From Selaginella moellendorffii (lineage: Eukaryota > Plantae > Lycopodiophyta): DNA of 64,000 bases. Both the position numbers and the translations under genes were made by a program. Positions 13,301 to 26,502 of this stretch are shown in pieces. The stretch is taken from assembly GCF_000143415.4 (NCBI RefSeq), contig NW_003314261.1, positions 1,351,674-1,415,673 of the forward strand. The letters run 5' to 3'. The notes beneath the pieces were generated by a model. It had not been told where the DNA came from and ran no database searches. It saw only the letters and a program-made list of their open reading frames with translations. How positions within the stretch are numbered: the first letter of the stretch is position 1; each line of letters opens with the position of its first letter.

Positions 13301-14007
13301 ACTTACGCCTTCCTCGCACACCATATATAAACCCTAATTTCGGCTATCACGAGAAGATTCGTTTGGGGCTTCTTCGCGTCTTCCTGGTGGCTCGTATTCT
13401 TTCGAGATTACTTTGGAATTCGAAGACACAACAAGATTTTTCTAGTTGGTTATTCCCAGAAAATGAATGCTTAGATTTTCTGATGTGAAAAAATTTCAGT
13501 TTGGTCCAGCTACCTATCCTTGACACGGCTAAGTTGTGATGCTTCCATCCAGCTTACAAAGAAACTGCATGTAGTATGGAGGTAGAACCTGACGTTAGAA
13601 TTTAATAATGTTTGCTATGTTGACTTTGAATTGGACTGGAGTGAAGATTGTCAATTTGTGTTGTCAGGCAGCAACATTTGAAAAAAAATACTTGTGTTTT
13701 ATCGAAGATTGTCTTTGAAAATGAGAGATTCTATATTTGATTCCACAAGCATACAATGTTGAAGAAATAACTTGAATTTGAAGTTTCATAGATGACATAT
13801 CTTGAATAGAATTTTTTTATAGGGATTTTGAAAACAAGAGTACAACACTGAAGAAATAACTTGCACGTGAAATTTCATAGAAAGTGCAGTGACTTTGGTA
13901 TATAAAATGGGGCTAGGTCTTTCACAAATATACAAGAGCAAGAGCAATTGGAAGATAGAAGATAGAAGTTTGATATAGAGTTTGAGGTTTGAGTATATTT
14001 TAAGGTT

Positions 14008-15196
14008 ATGGCACCCGCTTATGATCCAACTTCTCCATTCAAAGGTGTAAAAGACTTAGTTGATCATAATGTTTTATCTCTCCCTAGTGCATATATAAAG
14101 CCATTCGAAAAGCGACATAATCCAGAAGAGGTTTTTGAAGGAATTGATCTTCCATGTGTTGATTTACAAAGCAAGACTGCAATGGAAGATATTAAATTTG
14201 CTTGTGAGGAATGGGGATTTTTTGAGGTAATTATGATCTTTATATGTGTTAAATTATATGTTTATTAATGTGTTTATTTTATAGCTGATTAATCATGGAG
14301 TGCCAGAAGATGTAATTGAAGATATGGTAAAAAACACACATACATTCTTCAACTTATCAACTACTGAAAAAATGAAATATTTTTCTGAAGATGTGTTTAA
14401 CCCAATGAGGTTTTGCACGAGTCTTACTCCTAGTAAGGAATCTTACTTAGATTGGCATGATCATCTTCAACATTGGTTCAAATGTGACAATTTAAATAAT
14501 CATCCATACCCAAATATTCCAATCCATTATGGGTATGTGACCATTATTATTATATTTAATACTTATCAAACTATTTGCAGGGAGGTGACTAAGAATTATG
14601 TAAAGAATATGCAAATATTGGGAAAACGACTACTTATGGTCATGTCAAAAGCATTGGGTTTACATGAGAATAAGTTGCAAGAAACATATGGCAATGAGGA
14701 GATGATTGTTCGATTGAATTACTATCCTCCTTGTCCAGATCCAGAACGTGCACTTGGACTTAATCCACACTCAGATAGTGGTGGTATTACAATTTTATGG
14801 CAGGACCAAGTTGGTGGATTACAAATCCAAAAGGAACGTAAATGGTATAATGTGAGATGTAACTCAAATGCATTAATTGTTAATGTTGGTGATCAAGTTG
14901 AGGTGAGTAAAATATAAATTAATATGTATATTTTATTTTAAACTGTGATGCTTGGGCAGATTATAACAAATGGAATATTCAAGAGTGTTATTCACAGAGC
15001 TATTGTGAATCGTAACTTATATAGGATGTCAATGGCATCCTTCTTCAATCCTTGTGCTCAAGCAACAATTACTCCTATCCAAGAGCTTTTAGACAAACAA
15101 AACCCAGCACAGTATAAAGCTCGATTATCAAAAGATTATATTGGAGACATCTATAATAAGTATATTGAAGGGAAAAATGTGAAACGAGAAGATTAA
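14008..15196 (+). CDS. 2-oxoglutarate/Fe(II) dioxygenase (DOXC; DMR6/ANS-like clade), 4 exons
   Basis: ACEEWGFFE, NHGV, RLNYYPPCPDP, HSD...H triad (HSDSGGITIL, VIHRA) and RxS (RMS). TATA-like tatataaaa at ~13899. Confidence 0.92.
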
Positions 15197-15491
15197 ATTA
15201 TATAATTGAAACTTACTGATCAAATAAGACATTTCTTTGTCATTTAATTTTTCAATATAAATAAAACAAAATGTTGTTAGGATTTTCTAAAGATTCATTT
15301 CAAATAGAATTTTTTATTTCTATTTAATAAAACTAGATGGTATAAATATTTTCAAAATTTATTACATTGAGAAGAAGACAATATAATGCTCTGAATTATA
15401 CTAATTACTTGCTATACTTTTAACAAAATTTTGTATGAACTTGAAAGTTGCATTTTTCATAACATATTCATTAGATATTGAAATTTAATTT

Positions 15492-15688
15492 TTGGTTTGC
15501 TTAAGCAAACTGTATGGTAGTGGATATACTAGAATATGCTTGAATATTTTTGGATTTTTTACCATTTAACAGTTGTTATTCATAAGATTAATCTTGTGTT
15601 TATAAATTAAAAATATGCTTATAATTATAAACTTTATCTGATCAATTGGATTAATAAATAATAATAAAACTACTATTAAGCAAACCAA
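15492..15688. mobile_element. AT-rich MITE-like element, copy 1
   Basis: Perfect 13-bp terminal inverted repeats TTGGTTTGCTTAA/TTAAGCAAACCAA. Internal sequence is shared with 22195-22510 and 34715-34990. Confidence 0.6.
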
Positions 15689-16075
15689 GTGTTCAGTCCA
15701 CGTGGCATCCCATAGTGAAAAATCATTGCTACATGCAACACATAAGAATTTATTAATACAGTTTTCAAGATTACAGTTCCTCAACCAAAATTTACTAACC
15801 ATCAATCTAAATAGACTTCTACTTCCCTCAGTTGTATTTATTAGGAATGAACTTCATTACTACCTGAACTATTTGATCCCTGACATCCTTCAAAATTGCT
15901 ACTCTAATGTCTACTGAAAGAATATTTAAATTTAGTAATCTAGGATTATGAAGTAAACATATATAAGAAGTAAAAACCATTGTTAGCCATTTGTCAGAAG
16001 AACAAGACTGTTTTTAATAGTGTGCTCTTCAGAGATATACATTGTTTCTCTCCAAGTTTACAGTGTGAAAGAAAT

Positions 16076-17651
16076 TTATTTTCCGTCACCTGTCATGATC
16101 TTCACCCGGCTCAAAAGTTCCAGAGTTTCACTGTCTGCCTCAATCTTAAACCTGGACAATATGCTCGAGTCTGCCTTGCGCTGAGAAGCACCGTAAACCT
16201 TGAGAAAACTGTTGTAGAGACGCACGTCCCCTGCAGCATGGTGGAGATAGTTTTGCATCAGCCCCTCGGCACTCTTCCAAAACTTGAGCTCCTCCAACAC
16301 CGGCAGCAATGCCGCCACTGTCTCGTAGCTTGGAACCACCGATCGCACAGCACACCCTTCCTTGAACCTCTCCAGAGCTTTTTTGCTGTCATTCTTGGCA
16401 AGATATCCTCGGACGAGAGCGTCGTATGGAGCGAAAGTCCGTTTGGACTTGTCGATCTTCTCCAGCAGCTCCTCGGCCTTGTCCATCATTCCCGCCTTGG
16501 AGTAGACCTCGATCAGATTCACCAGCCGGAAGCTCTCCTTGGCATGGTCCTTAGAGTCCTCCACAACTTCTTCCGCTCGTTTCACCATTCCCAGACGCCC
16601 GAAAGCTCTCACTGCCACCCGGAAACTATCGCGGAGAGGAACCTGTGGAGGTTTTGGTGTCTTGACAAACTTGTAGATCTTTTCCACCTTATCGGCATCG
16701 CCCAAGAACGCATAGACTTCCATGAGGTGATCCAGCTTGTAAACGTTGGCCTTCCTGATCCTGATCTTCTCCACGAATGCCCGGATTTCTTCCTCGAGAC
16801 CCTCCAATCCCCCGACTCTCTCCTTGTACTTGAGCATGAGGAGGTAAGTTTCCAGCTTTGGCAAGAGCTTGGGGTCGTTTCTGAAAGTCGTGTAGGCGGC
16901 CAGCATCTTGTCGTGCATCTTGAGCTTCCAGTAGACACGGATGATGGCGTTGTGAAGCTCCGCGGTGGTGGGATTCAAGCCTTGCACCCATCTCAGTGCG
17001 TGCTTGGGGTATCTCTTGGCTAAGCTCGTCACGAAAGCGACGGTGAGCTCCTCCGACTTGGACTTCACCGGGAGCCTTGAGTAGAAGCGTTCGGCTGGAG
17101 CCACTCCAAACTCCCGGAGAACCAAACCGAGTTCCAGTATGAGACTAGCGGTCCTGCTCTCCACGATCTTCTCATTGCGGCTGGTTTTCAAGAGCTACAC
17201 GAACGAAATAAATCTAAGCACCGATGAAAATGTAGTAGAATATCAAGATACCTTCACAGCCTCTCTGTGGAGCTTGGGATGATCGGCCAAGGTCTTGGCG
17301 ATTTGCAAGTAGTTCTTGTACTTCAACCGATTCCCTTGCGCGACCCAATCCTTGATGGCTTGAGTGCTCTCCTCAGGCTTGTCTGCGATACTCTTGCACA
17401 GCTTGACTAGCTGCTTCTCCTCCTCCTCCTTCTTCTTGCTCCTCTCATCCTCCCTCTGCTGCTTCTCATCCGCGACTGTGCTACATCCTCGAGCGCAAGA
17501 AGGCGCCGCTGCTGCGCGGAAGCGATTCAACTCGAGGCTGCCGATCGAAGAATGCAGGTGAGGCGCCAGTCGCGAATGGCAACGCGGAGCTGGGGACGTA
17601 CCTCCGAGAAGCCGCGCCCTTCCACGCCCTCAGCATTCCTCGCATCGCCAT
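16076..17651 (-). CDS. P-type pentatricopeptide repeat protein, probably mitochondrial
   Basis: Tandem ~35-aa helical repeats (LIEVYSKAGMMDKAEELL, YDALVRGYL, YNSFLKVYG). Arg/Ala-rich presequence on upstream exons. Confidence 0.8.
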
Positions 17652-17958
17652 TCTCGCTAGCCCTAGCTAAACCCTAAACCTTAAGTAGTGTAAATTGATT
17701 ATCAAATTTCTAACAAAACACTTTTTATACATGGCAAAGTAAAAATTTGGTTTGATTTTCCAGTGGCTAAAGTCCGCGTTCTCGCTGGGGCATCGAATCG
17801 AAGACCTTCTTGGCGAGCGCTTCATCCTTTCTCTCAGTCCTCTCCAATCACAGTCACCACAAAATTTTCTACCCGGAAAGCCCCCGTCATCAGTAAGAAA
17901 CACGGATCGCCGTTTCTCTCCAACAAAAAAAAAAGAAACGACAGATTCGAGAGGAGAA

Positions 17959-19171
17959 TTAGTCGAAGAGACTGAGGCCCATATCATCATCAGATTCTTC
18001 TTCCGGCTCCACTTTCTTTTCTTCCTCAACCTTGCCACCGCCAGCAGCATCAGCCGGAGTTTCACTAGCAGCAGGAGCAGCAGCGACAGCAAACTTACTG
18101 GGATCCTGGAAAAGTTGGAAGAGAGAATGTTAGAGACCCTGCTGATGACAAGGAAAAGATCAAACCTTGAGATACTCCTTGGCAGTCTCGGCATGTGGAT
18201 ACGAGTAATCAGTCGCCAGAGCGACAGCAAGAACGTTCTTGTAAGAGTTGAGGAAGTAGTGCGTTGCTGCTGCCAGAGTTGGATAGCCGATAGCCAATGA
18301 CAATGCTGCCACCGCCGAGACACCAGTGGCAAATCGACCGACGAGGTCGTCCTCGGTGAGATCCAGCACTGCGGGATCAAAGACGGAGCCATCGTCGTAG
18401 ACCATCTGGACAACAAGCCCGTAAGAGAATGGCCTGATGCCCAGCTTTGCGAGCAGAGCTGCCTCCGAGGAGCCAACTTTCTCCCCCTTTTTGATGAGCT
18501 CCACGGACGAGACGATCTCGACAGTTCCCTTGTTAATCTTGGTGGGAATGTTGAGAACCTGAAAGTTTGATGGTTTTAGATAATCAATCACAAGTAACAC
18601 AGAACGAGATAGTCCTATGGACGAACCTGGAAGAAAGATGTCTGCGATGGATCAAGACCAGTGCTTCCAGGAGGAATAGTCACGTCAATCGGTGCTACAA
18701 GCCCGACACGAGCTGGCGCTCCGACCTGGAGCAAATATATTCAAGCCGATTCAAAGACGAAAACAAAGATCATACCTTGTACTTGGCGACTTCCTCACGA
18801 ACTTCTTTGAGATCGCCCTTGGTAAAGATCAGTCCAACGTTTCCCTGCCAAGATCCATGAGCTCTCGAGCAAGGAAAGTAAACTTTACAGAGAAAAAACG
18901 ATTTTTTGCTTACCACCAAGAGAGGCATGAGACTAAGAACAGCCATGTTGCCGCTCCTCTCCGCGTAAGTCCTGATCGTTCGCTTCATCAGAGTGTTCTT
19001 ACCCATGAGTACCACCGATTCCGGCCTCAGTCCCCTGCGGATTTGCTGCAGCTGAGTCGAGCCCACATTGTCGGCCGCGCAAATCAGCGCCTTGGTGTAG
19101 TTCTCCAGCAGGTCGACCATTTTCCTGTCATAGATCTCCTTCTTCTCCTGCTTCGTCCCCTTGAAACCCAT
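17959..19171 (-). CDS. RPLP0: 60S acidic ribosomal protein P0 (uL10)
   Basis: [45 protein letters not shown] and an acidic tail [13 protein letters not shown]. Confidence 0.96.
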
Positions 19172-19353
19172 CTCTAGTGATTCTTCTTCTCACTCACGGG
19201 GCCAAGCCAGCGAATCGATCGATGGCAAGGCGGAGGCGCGCCGCGCTTCTCTTTAACCCTGAAAATATGTCTTGGGTTTAGGGCTTTTATGAGATCTAAG
19301 GGTCGAGTCCCTTCTAGGAATTAGGGTTTTGCGCAGCAAGCGAGGCGGTCGCG
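19172..19353. promoter_or_regulatory. Bidirectional promoter between RPLP0 and NSA2 with a telo-box
   Basis: Divergent ATGs 182 bp apart. TAGGGTTT (telo-box AAACCCTA on the - strand) at 19322-19329, plus related GGGTTTAGGG. Confidence 0.6.
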
Positions 19354-20605
19354 ATGGTAAGCGCTCTTGCTCGATTTGCTTCTTGCAGCAGCCCAGCTGA
19401 TAGATTTTCGTCTGCGCCATCAGCCTCAGGGAGATTACATCGATTTGCACCGCAAGCGGCATGGGTACCGCCCGGATTACTTCGAAAGGAAACGCAAGAA
19501 GGATGCTCGGGAGGTCCACAAGCGTGCGGCCTACGCGCAGAAGGTAAGCGCCCTCTACATTTTTTTTTCTTTGCTGGTTGATCCTTACTTATTTGATTTC
19601 AGGCGATCGGTCTCAAGGGCAAGATGTTCGCGAACAAGCGATACAAGGAGAAGGCGTTGTTGAAGAAAACGTATGCTCTTTCTTTTCTCGCAGCTTCTTT
19701 GTTAATTCTTTCTCTCTTTTTCTTTGCAGGCTTGCTATGCACTCCGAGAAAGCAAACAGGCACAAGGTTGAGGATGACGTTCAGGAAGGCGCCATTCCTG
19801 CGTACTTGCTCGATCGTGAGGCGACTACTCGTGCTAAGGTGAGCAGGACATTTCTCTTTTTTTTCTCCCAAAACTCATTCTTTGTTTGCCTTAAAGGTTC
19901 TGAGCAACAGTATCAAGCAAAAGCGTAAGGAAAAAGCAGGAAAATGGCAAGTTCCGCTTCCAAAGGTAATCGCAACCATGCCTTCGATCTCATCATACAT
20001 GTCTTGTTCCAGGTCCGACCCATTGCGGAAGACGAAATGTTCCGAGTTATGCGATCTGGCAAAAGAAAGAGTACTGTTTTCTTTGTCTTTCATTTTTCAC
20101 CGGATGGTTTCTCATTGTTTTCTTCGCGTTTTAGCTAAACAGTGGAAGCGAATGGTTACTAAAGCCACATTTGTTGGAGCCGGTTTCACGAGGAAACCAC
20201 CGAAGTACGAGAGGTTTATCAGGCCCATGGGGTTGAGGTTCACCAAGGCACACGTTTCACATCCGGAGCTCAAGTGTACATTCCAGCTTGAAATCCTTGG
20301 CGTGAAGAAAAACCCGAACGGCCCCATGTACACGTCCCTGGGTGTGATAACTAGGGGAACGATCATCGAGGTAAGTTGATGGGTTTCGTTTCCTAAGTTT
20401 TTTTATCATTCGAAATGTTTTCCAGGTAAATGTTAGCGAGCTCGGACTCGTAACTCCTGCTGGAAAAGTTGTATGGGGTAAGATTTTGGCGATCCGATTG
20501 AAAACGTTTTGCTAACTTTACTCATCTTGCCTCTCAGGGAAGTTTGCTCAAGTGACAAACAATCCGGAAAACGATGGCTGCATCAATGCAGTCTTACTTG
20601 TGTAA
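19354..20605 (+). CDS. NSA2: Ribosome biogenesis protein NSA2
   Basis: ATG-only first exon, then [60 protein letters not shown]. Confidence 0.95.
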
Positions 20606-20689
20606 CAACAAAGACTCCGTGAGCAAAATTTTGTGGCAAGTAAATCTAAAATCTATCGTTTGTAGCTCTGGGAGTTTTGTTTCTCCTTC

Positions 20690-21992
20690 TCAAAAGATGC
20701 TATCGGTGCTTCTTCCGGAAAGCAAGAGATTGAAGAGTGTATCGGTCGAACGATTTGTGGGCGTAGAGCTGCTCGCTTGCTCCGTCGGTGATGGATCGGT
20801 CACTTTTGCCACTGAAACGTATGCCACCTTTTTCGACTTGATCGCGCTTGCGTCTGGTGTGTCCAAGAACTTTAGAAACTCGGCTGCGGCTTGAGAGGGA
20901 GCCTGTGGATTTTTCGCAACGTCGGCTCCGCCGGCTAGAACTTCAGAAGAAGAAGAAATCCTCGCAGCTTGACGCAGACCTTTTAGAATGCGCGAAAGAA
21001 TGAAAGCATTCTAGTAGAAGATGGAGAACTCACCACGCATATCCTTGCTTGGGCGATCTTCTACAAACCAATTAGCTTCAGTGTTGGCTTTCGCTTCCAC
21101 TAGATTGTATTGGGCTCTTTCGGCATCCCATTTGCACTCCAGGGAGGCCGGGAGCTCTCGCTAGAAAATGGAGAACGCGTTATCAATACAATCCGAGTCT
21201 AGATCATATGCTACATACTTGGAGCTTGTTGAAAGTCACGAGAGAGTTGCCAGTACGAAGCTCGGCTGCTAAGAGGTTGTAGAGCGAAACGCAATCGAGC
21301 AAAAGCTACAAAGAAGATGAGCAGGAGTTTTGATTTTGCTTGTGACATGAGAAAGTTCTACCTGGAAGGAGAGAACTCGAATTCTTGCCAGGATCGACAA
21401 AACCGTCAGTGTGTAAGACATGAAACGTCCCTGCTCCAGCAATCCGGCCATTTGCCTGGTGAAGAAAAGATGGCGTTGAAAGAAAAACATGAGGGTCACG
21501 GAACTTACTTGCTCGCACCGAGGATGGGCGCATTTAGCTGAAGATGAAGAAACCATTTTCAGAGATTCTTAAGTTTCTTGCCAAAGAAGTACCTCGTGTA
21601 GGATCCTCGAGACTCCCCAGAGAATGTTTAAAACAGCTTCTTTTGATTCGGAAGCTACATTTTTGTTCCTTCTGCTTGTAAAGAACAAGTAAAATAGATC
21701 AAAAGAAGGGATTCCAGATCGCTACCTGCGTTTCACAGCAGGCTCGAGATGGAAATCGAGTGCCGAGAGGAAGGTATCGGAGGCAGCAACGCGAAGCAAT
21801 TTGAGGCTCCTTCGTGCCTGGAAGAATGAAGAGTGAAATTTACAAACACCATGGCTGTGGATGATATACCTGGTGGAGCTTTCGGAAGTGGAGTGTGCCG
21901 CGATGCTGGCTCTTGCTCCTGTAGATGAGGCGCTCCAAGAGGGCGTCCTCCCTTTGCAGCGAAGATATGTGCTGCCTCACATCACTTACCAT
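20690..21992 (-). CDS. NEPRO/DUF4477-like (nucleolus and neural progenitor protein N-terminal domain) protein
   Basis: LLERLIYRSKSQHRGTLHFRKL, FMSYTLTVLSILARIRVL, SLECKWDAE, C-terminal KVAYVSV..DTLFNLLLSG..DSIF*. Confidence 0.65.
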
Positions 21993-22194
21993 TCTCTTTA
22001 AACCCTAAAGTTTATTAGTAAAAACTTTATGGTTAATTAGTTTTTATTAAAGATATGATTTTAGAAAAGCCATGCCATTAATTGTAAGCCATAAATTTAT
22101 CCGAAGCACCCATGTTAATAAAGATCTAATAAAGTTACTTTGGAGGTTCCCTCAATAATAATAATAATAAGTTATTATTATTATTTAAATTTAA

Positions 22195-22510
22195 TTTTTT
22201 GTTTGCTTAAGCAAACCTATAGGAGAACTAAGATGATAATGTATGTTATTAAATAGTACTTGAATATTAACGTTACTTGAATATTTTAGAATATTTTACC
22301 ATTTAACGGTTGTTATGGATTAATTTTGTATTTATAATTTATAAGCTTCCTTAAACACTTTTTAGTATATTCTTTTTTATTCTACTATCTAATAGTTGAT
22401 ATATAATAAGATTAATCTTGTGTTTATAAATTATAAACATGTTTATAATTATAAACTTTTATTTGATCAATTGGATTAATAAGTAAAAATAACATTACTA
22501 TTAAGCAAAA
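22195..22510. mobile_element. AT-rich MITE-like element, copy 2
   Basis: GTTTGCTTAAGCAAAC...TTAAGCAAAA ends. Shares ataagattaatcttgtgtttataaatt and tgatcaattggattaataa with copy 1. Confidence 0.55.
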
Positions 22511-22877
22511 TTACATGCAGAATTCTACTTTATGCGTAATTTGTAAAAGTTTTGTAAATTAAAATTGAAATATGACAAGTACATGCAAGAATATACCAGG
22601 CATGTTGTTGTTTAGCCCTAAACATTCAGGAAGCTTCGTAAACCCGAGCATAAACCCTAAAGTCAGAGAGGGGAGGACCATCTGCGCTCGATAGACGCTA
22701 GGGTATGGATTGACGAGGCGCAGGCTGCGAGGAGCAGCTGCCAATTCCCAGAGTTTGCAAAGCAATTGTATGAGGGATGAGGGATTGATTGGGGAATCCT
22801 GCATCGCATTCCTGAGGTAAGATAGGGTTGTGTAGAGGCGAATTGAGCGATTCTTCTGGGCCTGGATTTAGGTCGGT

Positions 22878-25800
22878 ATGCATCGAGTCGCGAGCACTGG
22901 CAACGCTGCAAATCCATCCCGGCCTCGGAAGGAACGTAGACTGACATATGTTTTTACCGATGCTGACGATTCTACGGTAAGCCAAAACTTTCCTTCTTTC
23001 TATTTGATTTTTTGTGCTCTAGCTAAGACTTCGTTCGTTCAGCACTCTTCTGGTGTCAATTGTGTGAAAGTCTCGTCTTCCAGCGATTTGTCCGATGGAA
23101 AAAGATCTCTTTTCAGTGGCAGTCGTGATGGAACGCTCAAAAGATGGGAGGTTGATGAAGAGGTCGCGACTTGCTGTGCTACTTTTGAGTCGCATGTCGA
23201 CTGGGTATGTGTGGATTTCCATTTTTTCTTGTGATGTTAAAATTCTTTCACAGGTGAACGATCTTGTTCTCACAGGAGAAGACACTCTCGTGTCTTGCTC
23301 TTCTGATACCACGCTCAAGGTACTTCTAGTTTTTTCTCCAAGGCGTCTCTTAGTTTTCCTGATGCCACCAGACTTGGAACGCATTTTCGAATGGAGCTTG
23401 TACTAGGACATTTCGGCAGCACTCGGATTATGTCACGTCATTGGCTGCTGCTCGGCATGTAAGGAATTCGATTCACATCTTTTTACTGTTGATGATGTCT
23501 ATATTGTTTTGATGGAAGACCGACACTGTGGCTTCGGGGGGCCTCGGTTGCGAAGTTTTCATCTGGGACCTTGAAGCTGCGACGGCTCCTGTGTCGAAAG
23601 CACGAAGTGATGGTTTGGAGGAAACCAGATATGACGGAATGCATAAGACCTCTGGAAATCTACTACATTCCGAGAGATCGACTGCTGCAATTACTCCTGC
23701 ACAAACCTACGCTCCAATACCAGCAAAGGGACATAAACAATCTGTGTATGCCCTTGCCATCAACGATGCTGGAACCGTGCTTGTCTCCGGAGGCACGGAA
23801 AAGGTACGTTCTTGCTCGCCTTCGAACATTGGAAAGTTAACCTTTTCAATAGGCTGTAAGAGTATGGGATCCAAGAAGTGGTGCAAAGCAAATGAAGTTG
23901 AAGGGCCATACTGATAACGTTCGAAGCTTGCTCTTGGATCCGTCGGGAAGGTAACACACTCGAAGCGTATTCTTCATGCATTTTCTCATTGTCTTTTTAA
24001 CAGATTATGTTTGTCAGGGTCTTCAGATTCAATTATCAGGTAGCTATACATCATACATGTTTATTTCCGACTGATAACTAGCGTCAATGCCAGGCTTTGG
24101 GATCTTGGGCAGCAACGTTGTGTTCATTCATATGCTGTGCACACTGACTCAGTGTGGACAATGGCGAGCACATCCTCTTTTAGTCACGTTTACAGTGGCG
24201 GCAAAGACTTGTCGGTATGTTTTAAAATCTTTTTGTAATTCATGGAGGTTATTTGACAGACTTTGTACAGGTTTATTTGACAGATCTTTCTTCTCGCGAG
24301 AGCATACTGCTGTTTACAGAACAGCATCCTATTCTTCAGATGGCGTTGCAAGATGACGATTGGCTCTGGGTAGCGTCGACAGATTCCTCAATTCGTAAAT
24401 GGCCTGCACGGGAGAGAATATCCGCCAAAGCACTCCAAAAAGCAAATTCCTTTGTGGCTGGATCGCTTCCTTTCTCTCGTGCAAGAGCGTGGATTGATGG
24501 GTCCGCTCCGGTACGATTACGTTCGATGACTTTTAGTTTTTATAGCGTTGATTGCAGGCACCCCTGTACACGGAACCATCTTCTATTATTCCAGGCACAC
24601 CTGGAATCGTGAAACATGCACTGCTGAATGACAAACGACATGTGCTTACAAAGGTACAGTTAACTTTTAAAGTTCAAACCAAACTGGTGTCTTTCCCTTG
24701 CAGGATACGGAGGACAATGTGAAGCTCTGGGAGATCACTCGCGGAGCTGTAGTCGAGAACTATGGAAAAGTATTTCTGCCCTGCAAAGTTTCTCTTACGC
24801 TTCATGCTCAAGGTTTGTTTGTAGGTCTCGTTCGATGACAAAGAAAAGGAGCTCTTTGAGATGGTAAGCAAGTTTGTCTTTCATTAACTTTTTATCAACT
24901 CAACCCTTGTGAAGGTGAGCGTGCCGACGTGGTTTACCATGGATACGCGGTTGGGGAGCATTTCTATACATCTAGATACGCCTCAATGCTTCTCGGCAGA
25001 GATGTATGCCGTGGATTTGCATGTTCCTGGGGCGTCTGAAGAGACCAAGGTAACCAAGCAGATATACAAGTGAAACTTACAAGTTGTGTTTGCAGTTAAA
25101 TCTTGGACAAGAGACGTTGCGTGGTCTCTTTGCGCACTGGCTTTCTCGACGAAAGCAGAAGACGTCGACGCATCTAGCTAATGGGGACGCCTTGTCAAGT
25201 CTAAGGACATTGTCGGACAACGCTCATGACAACACAGACAGTCAAGTTGTGTTCGATTTTTCTACGTCCATCCCTCCCTCAATTATCACGGAGGGCTCAC
25301 AGGGTGGACCATGGAGGAAGAAAGTGTCCGACTTGGAAGGCGTTGAAGACGAGAAGGAGCTACCGAGATGGTGCATCGACTGTGTAGCACACGCACAAAT
25401 CCCTCCTCGTGAGCAGTCCAAGTAAGTACTTAATTGTTGCGTGAAAGTTCCTCTCCTCATTCCCTGCAATCGCAGGTGTAGCTTCTTTCTACATCCATAC
25501 GAAGGAACTGCTCTGCAAGTTCTCACGCAAGGAAAACTGAGCGCACCGAAGATCCTAAGAATACAGAAGGTTACAAAGTTCGTGTTCCCTCGATCAAATC
25601 TCTTCATGATTTTTCATTCCAGGTGATTAACTACGTGCTCGAGAAGCTAGTTCTGGACAGACCTCTAGACGATCACGCCTCCGGTCCACAAATGCCTGGT
25701 AACGTTTACGATTACAGGCCCAGCTCAAGGCCGTGGCAATCTAACCCGAAGCCAGCGATCGAGATACTGTGTAACCAGCAGGTAAGCTCCCAGTTCTTAG

Positions 25801-25942
25801 CATTTTTTCCAAGATCTGGAGCTAAAACTACGCGCAGGTTTTGTCTCCCGATATGAGCCTGGCAACTGTGAGAACATACATCTGGAAAAAACCGGAAGAT
25901 CTTTGCTTGTATTATCGAAACATCCAGACGCAAAGCCGGTGA
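22878..25942 (+). CDS. WDR48: WD repeat-containing protein 48 (WDR48/UAF1/LRS1-like), many exons
   Basis: [85 protein letters not shown]. Confidence 0.93.
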
Positions 25943-26502
25943 TAAGGAACGAAAGGAAGCGTCGGTCCAAACTAATCGGCACAAAGTTTGTACAGACACA
26001 AGAAAGGTTTTTTAAAGTGGCCTACCATTTTTTTTTTTTTGTTTCTCCACAAGGTGTACGGAAGTTCTTCCCCTTGCTAAGCCCGTACTAAGCTGAACGT
26101 ACGGTTGCGATGGTGCCAACGTGGAAAGTCGATCGGACGGTGGGACAAGGGGAATCATAATTTGTGACCTGGATGGAGAGCAGAGCTATGGCGGGCGAGG
26201 AGCACGACGATGAAGGCGCTGCCCTGCGATCCCCATGGCGCTCGATTCCAGGTTCCTAGCCCCCATTTTCCAGGCCACGGATGGATCGATTGACCCGGAA
26301 TCGCGGCGGGAAATCGTCGATGGAGCAGTGTATGGTAATAGGTTCTCCCTAGTTCTTGGCGCCACCGGCATTGGATCATCGCTGGCCCGTGCTTATGACT
26401 TTTGATCTGGGCGAGCTACGAAATCATAGGTCGAGATGGATGGATGCGACCGGGAAATGGTACGATTTCTATGAGGTGCTGGGGGCGCTTGTGAGTAGGA
26501 TT

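Noticed and set aside
15980-17023. 347-aa + strand ORF
   Set aside because: Antisense shadow of the PPR exon.
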